NCBI RefSeq assembly: GCF_030144855.1 | Contig: NC_082715.1 | Span: 145,266,001 to 145,330,000, forward strand | Direction of reading: 5' to 3' | From: Hypanus sabinus | Taxonomy: Eukaryota | Length of the DNA: 64,000 bases | In this document: positions 63,053 to 64,000 of the stretch, in pieces | Layout: the number at the start of each line of letters is the position of its first letter | Position numbering within the stretch: the stretch's first letter is position 1 | Notes under the pieces: generated by a model | Seen by the model: only the letters and a program-made list of their open reading frames with translations | What the model was told of the DNA's origin: nothing | Database searches by the model: none | Made by a program: the position numbers and the translations under genes

Positions 63053-64000
63053 ATTATTTTATTTTTTTTTTAATTTGCTTTTGTATCATTCTCTTAACCT
63101 CAAATAAAATTACCACTGACTGTATATGAAAGAGCACAGGACATTTCACAGAAAGCAGCCAGCTGAAAGCGGAAATCCAGGTAAATAAGCATGGACGGAC
63201 AGATATTACAGAGGCTTGCCTGCTGGACTATTTGGATTGGGACAAGAATGTTAAAGGTAACGTCGCATTCAGGAAGGTCAGGAAGATGATAAAATGCTCA
63301 AGGATTCGTTGATAATGAATGTTTAACACAAAGAAATGATGATGAATTGCCAATTTTCAGGGCACGGAGAGGAAGAAGTGGTCTGAAAAACAATAAAACA
63401 AAATTCTCCTGTGGTATATGAATCCTGGCAAGGTATTAGGGCAACCTGCATCCAACGAAACAATGGCTGTTTAACGTAATTGCACCTTCATGATTATTTG
63501 GAATTATACTTCAAACTAAAAAATTGGGTCAAGGTCTGTGAGGTGCTCGTTAAATATTTTGGGCTATTTTCGAATGACGTGTTCTCGCACCACCCAAAGG
63601 ACACTAAGAAGCGATTAGAGGCGGAGATTCCTTTGGAATCAGCTGCATTTTTATTTATCAGAGTATCAGGCAGGAGGGCCGAGGGGCCTACTTCGTATCC
63701 TAAATGTGACGTGTCAGGCGGATATTACTGAACAAGAAGTTTTTATTTTCATGAAGATCCATTTGATTCCTGGCCCCAGTCTCCCTCAATGCCATGTGAT
63801 TCCATATCTGCATCAAGAGAAATGGCAATTCAAAACCTCAAATAATCTCCATATTCAAGTGTCCACAGTGTAGCACATTGTGAATGTCACATTATATTGG
63901 TTCGTCATTTACGTCAGTAGGTGGAAATGTTGCATCACTTGATACCCATATTTGCTTCAGAGAATGGAAGAACCGGGCCCTGAACACATAATATAGCAGC

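Larger units (their letters stand above)
37175..64000. repeat. Copy B of the ~37.2-kb duplication
   Basis: Collinear with 1-26798 apart from the indels listed under findings. Confidence 0.97.

Noticed and set aside
1-64000. Prokaryotic systems, CRISPR arrays, rRNA or tRNA genes
   Set aside because: None seen. The repeats are TE-derived or segmental, and the genes have spliceosomal introns.

Overview
Vertebrate, TE-rich genomic DNA from a cartilaginous fish (repeat content suggests a ray; this is inference). The core is a tandem array of cluster-type immunoglobulin light-chain genes of the lambda (type II/NS3-like) class, each built as leader exon - germline-joined VJ exon (no RSS, no V-J intron) - single C exon, all on the + strand. 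Cluster 1 (12424-16459) and cluster 3 (48588-52750) are intact, with open frames, GT/AG splice sites and AATAAA. Cluster 2 (30098-34657) is a pseudogene with five separate lesions. The window spans about 1.7 turns of a ~37.2-kb higher-order repeat (1-26798 matches 37175-64000), and each turn holds one intact and one defective-type monomer. Almost everything else is degraded retroelement DNA: CR1-clade LINEs, Rex1/Babar-like relics, an endonuclease-deleted L1/Tx1-like element upstream of each intact gene, a copy-specific solo LTR, a short SINE and Tc1 relics. Germline-joined lambda genes are established in this lineage. The least expected signals are (i) the two intact V genes differ almost only by amino-acid-changing and often tandem substitutions, resembling shark somatic hypermutation, whereas C and the leader intron differ only by single changes, (ii) the alternating functional/pseudogene array with a mosaic identity profile, and (iii) repeated templated insertions and microhomology deletions. 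All counts were made by hand. TE boundaries are approximate (about +/-30 nt) unless a TSD fixes them.
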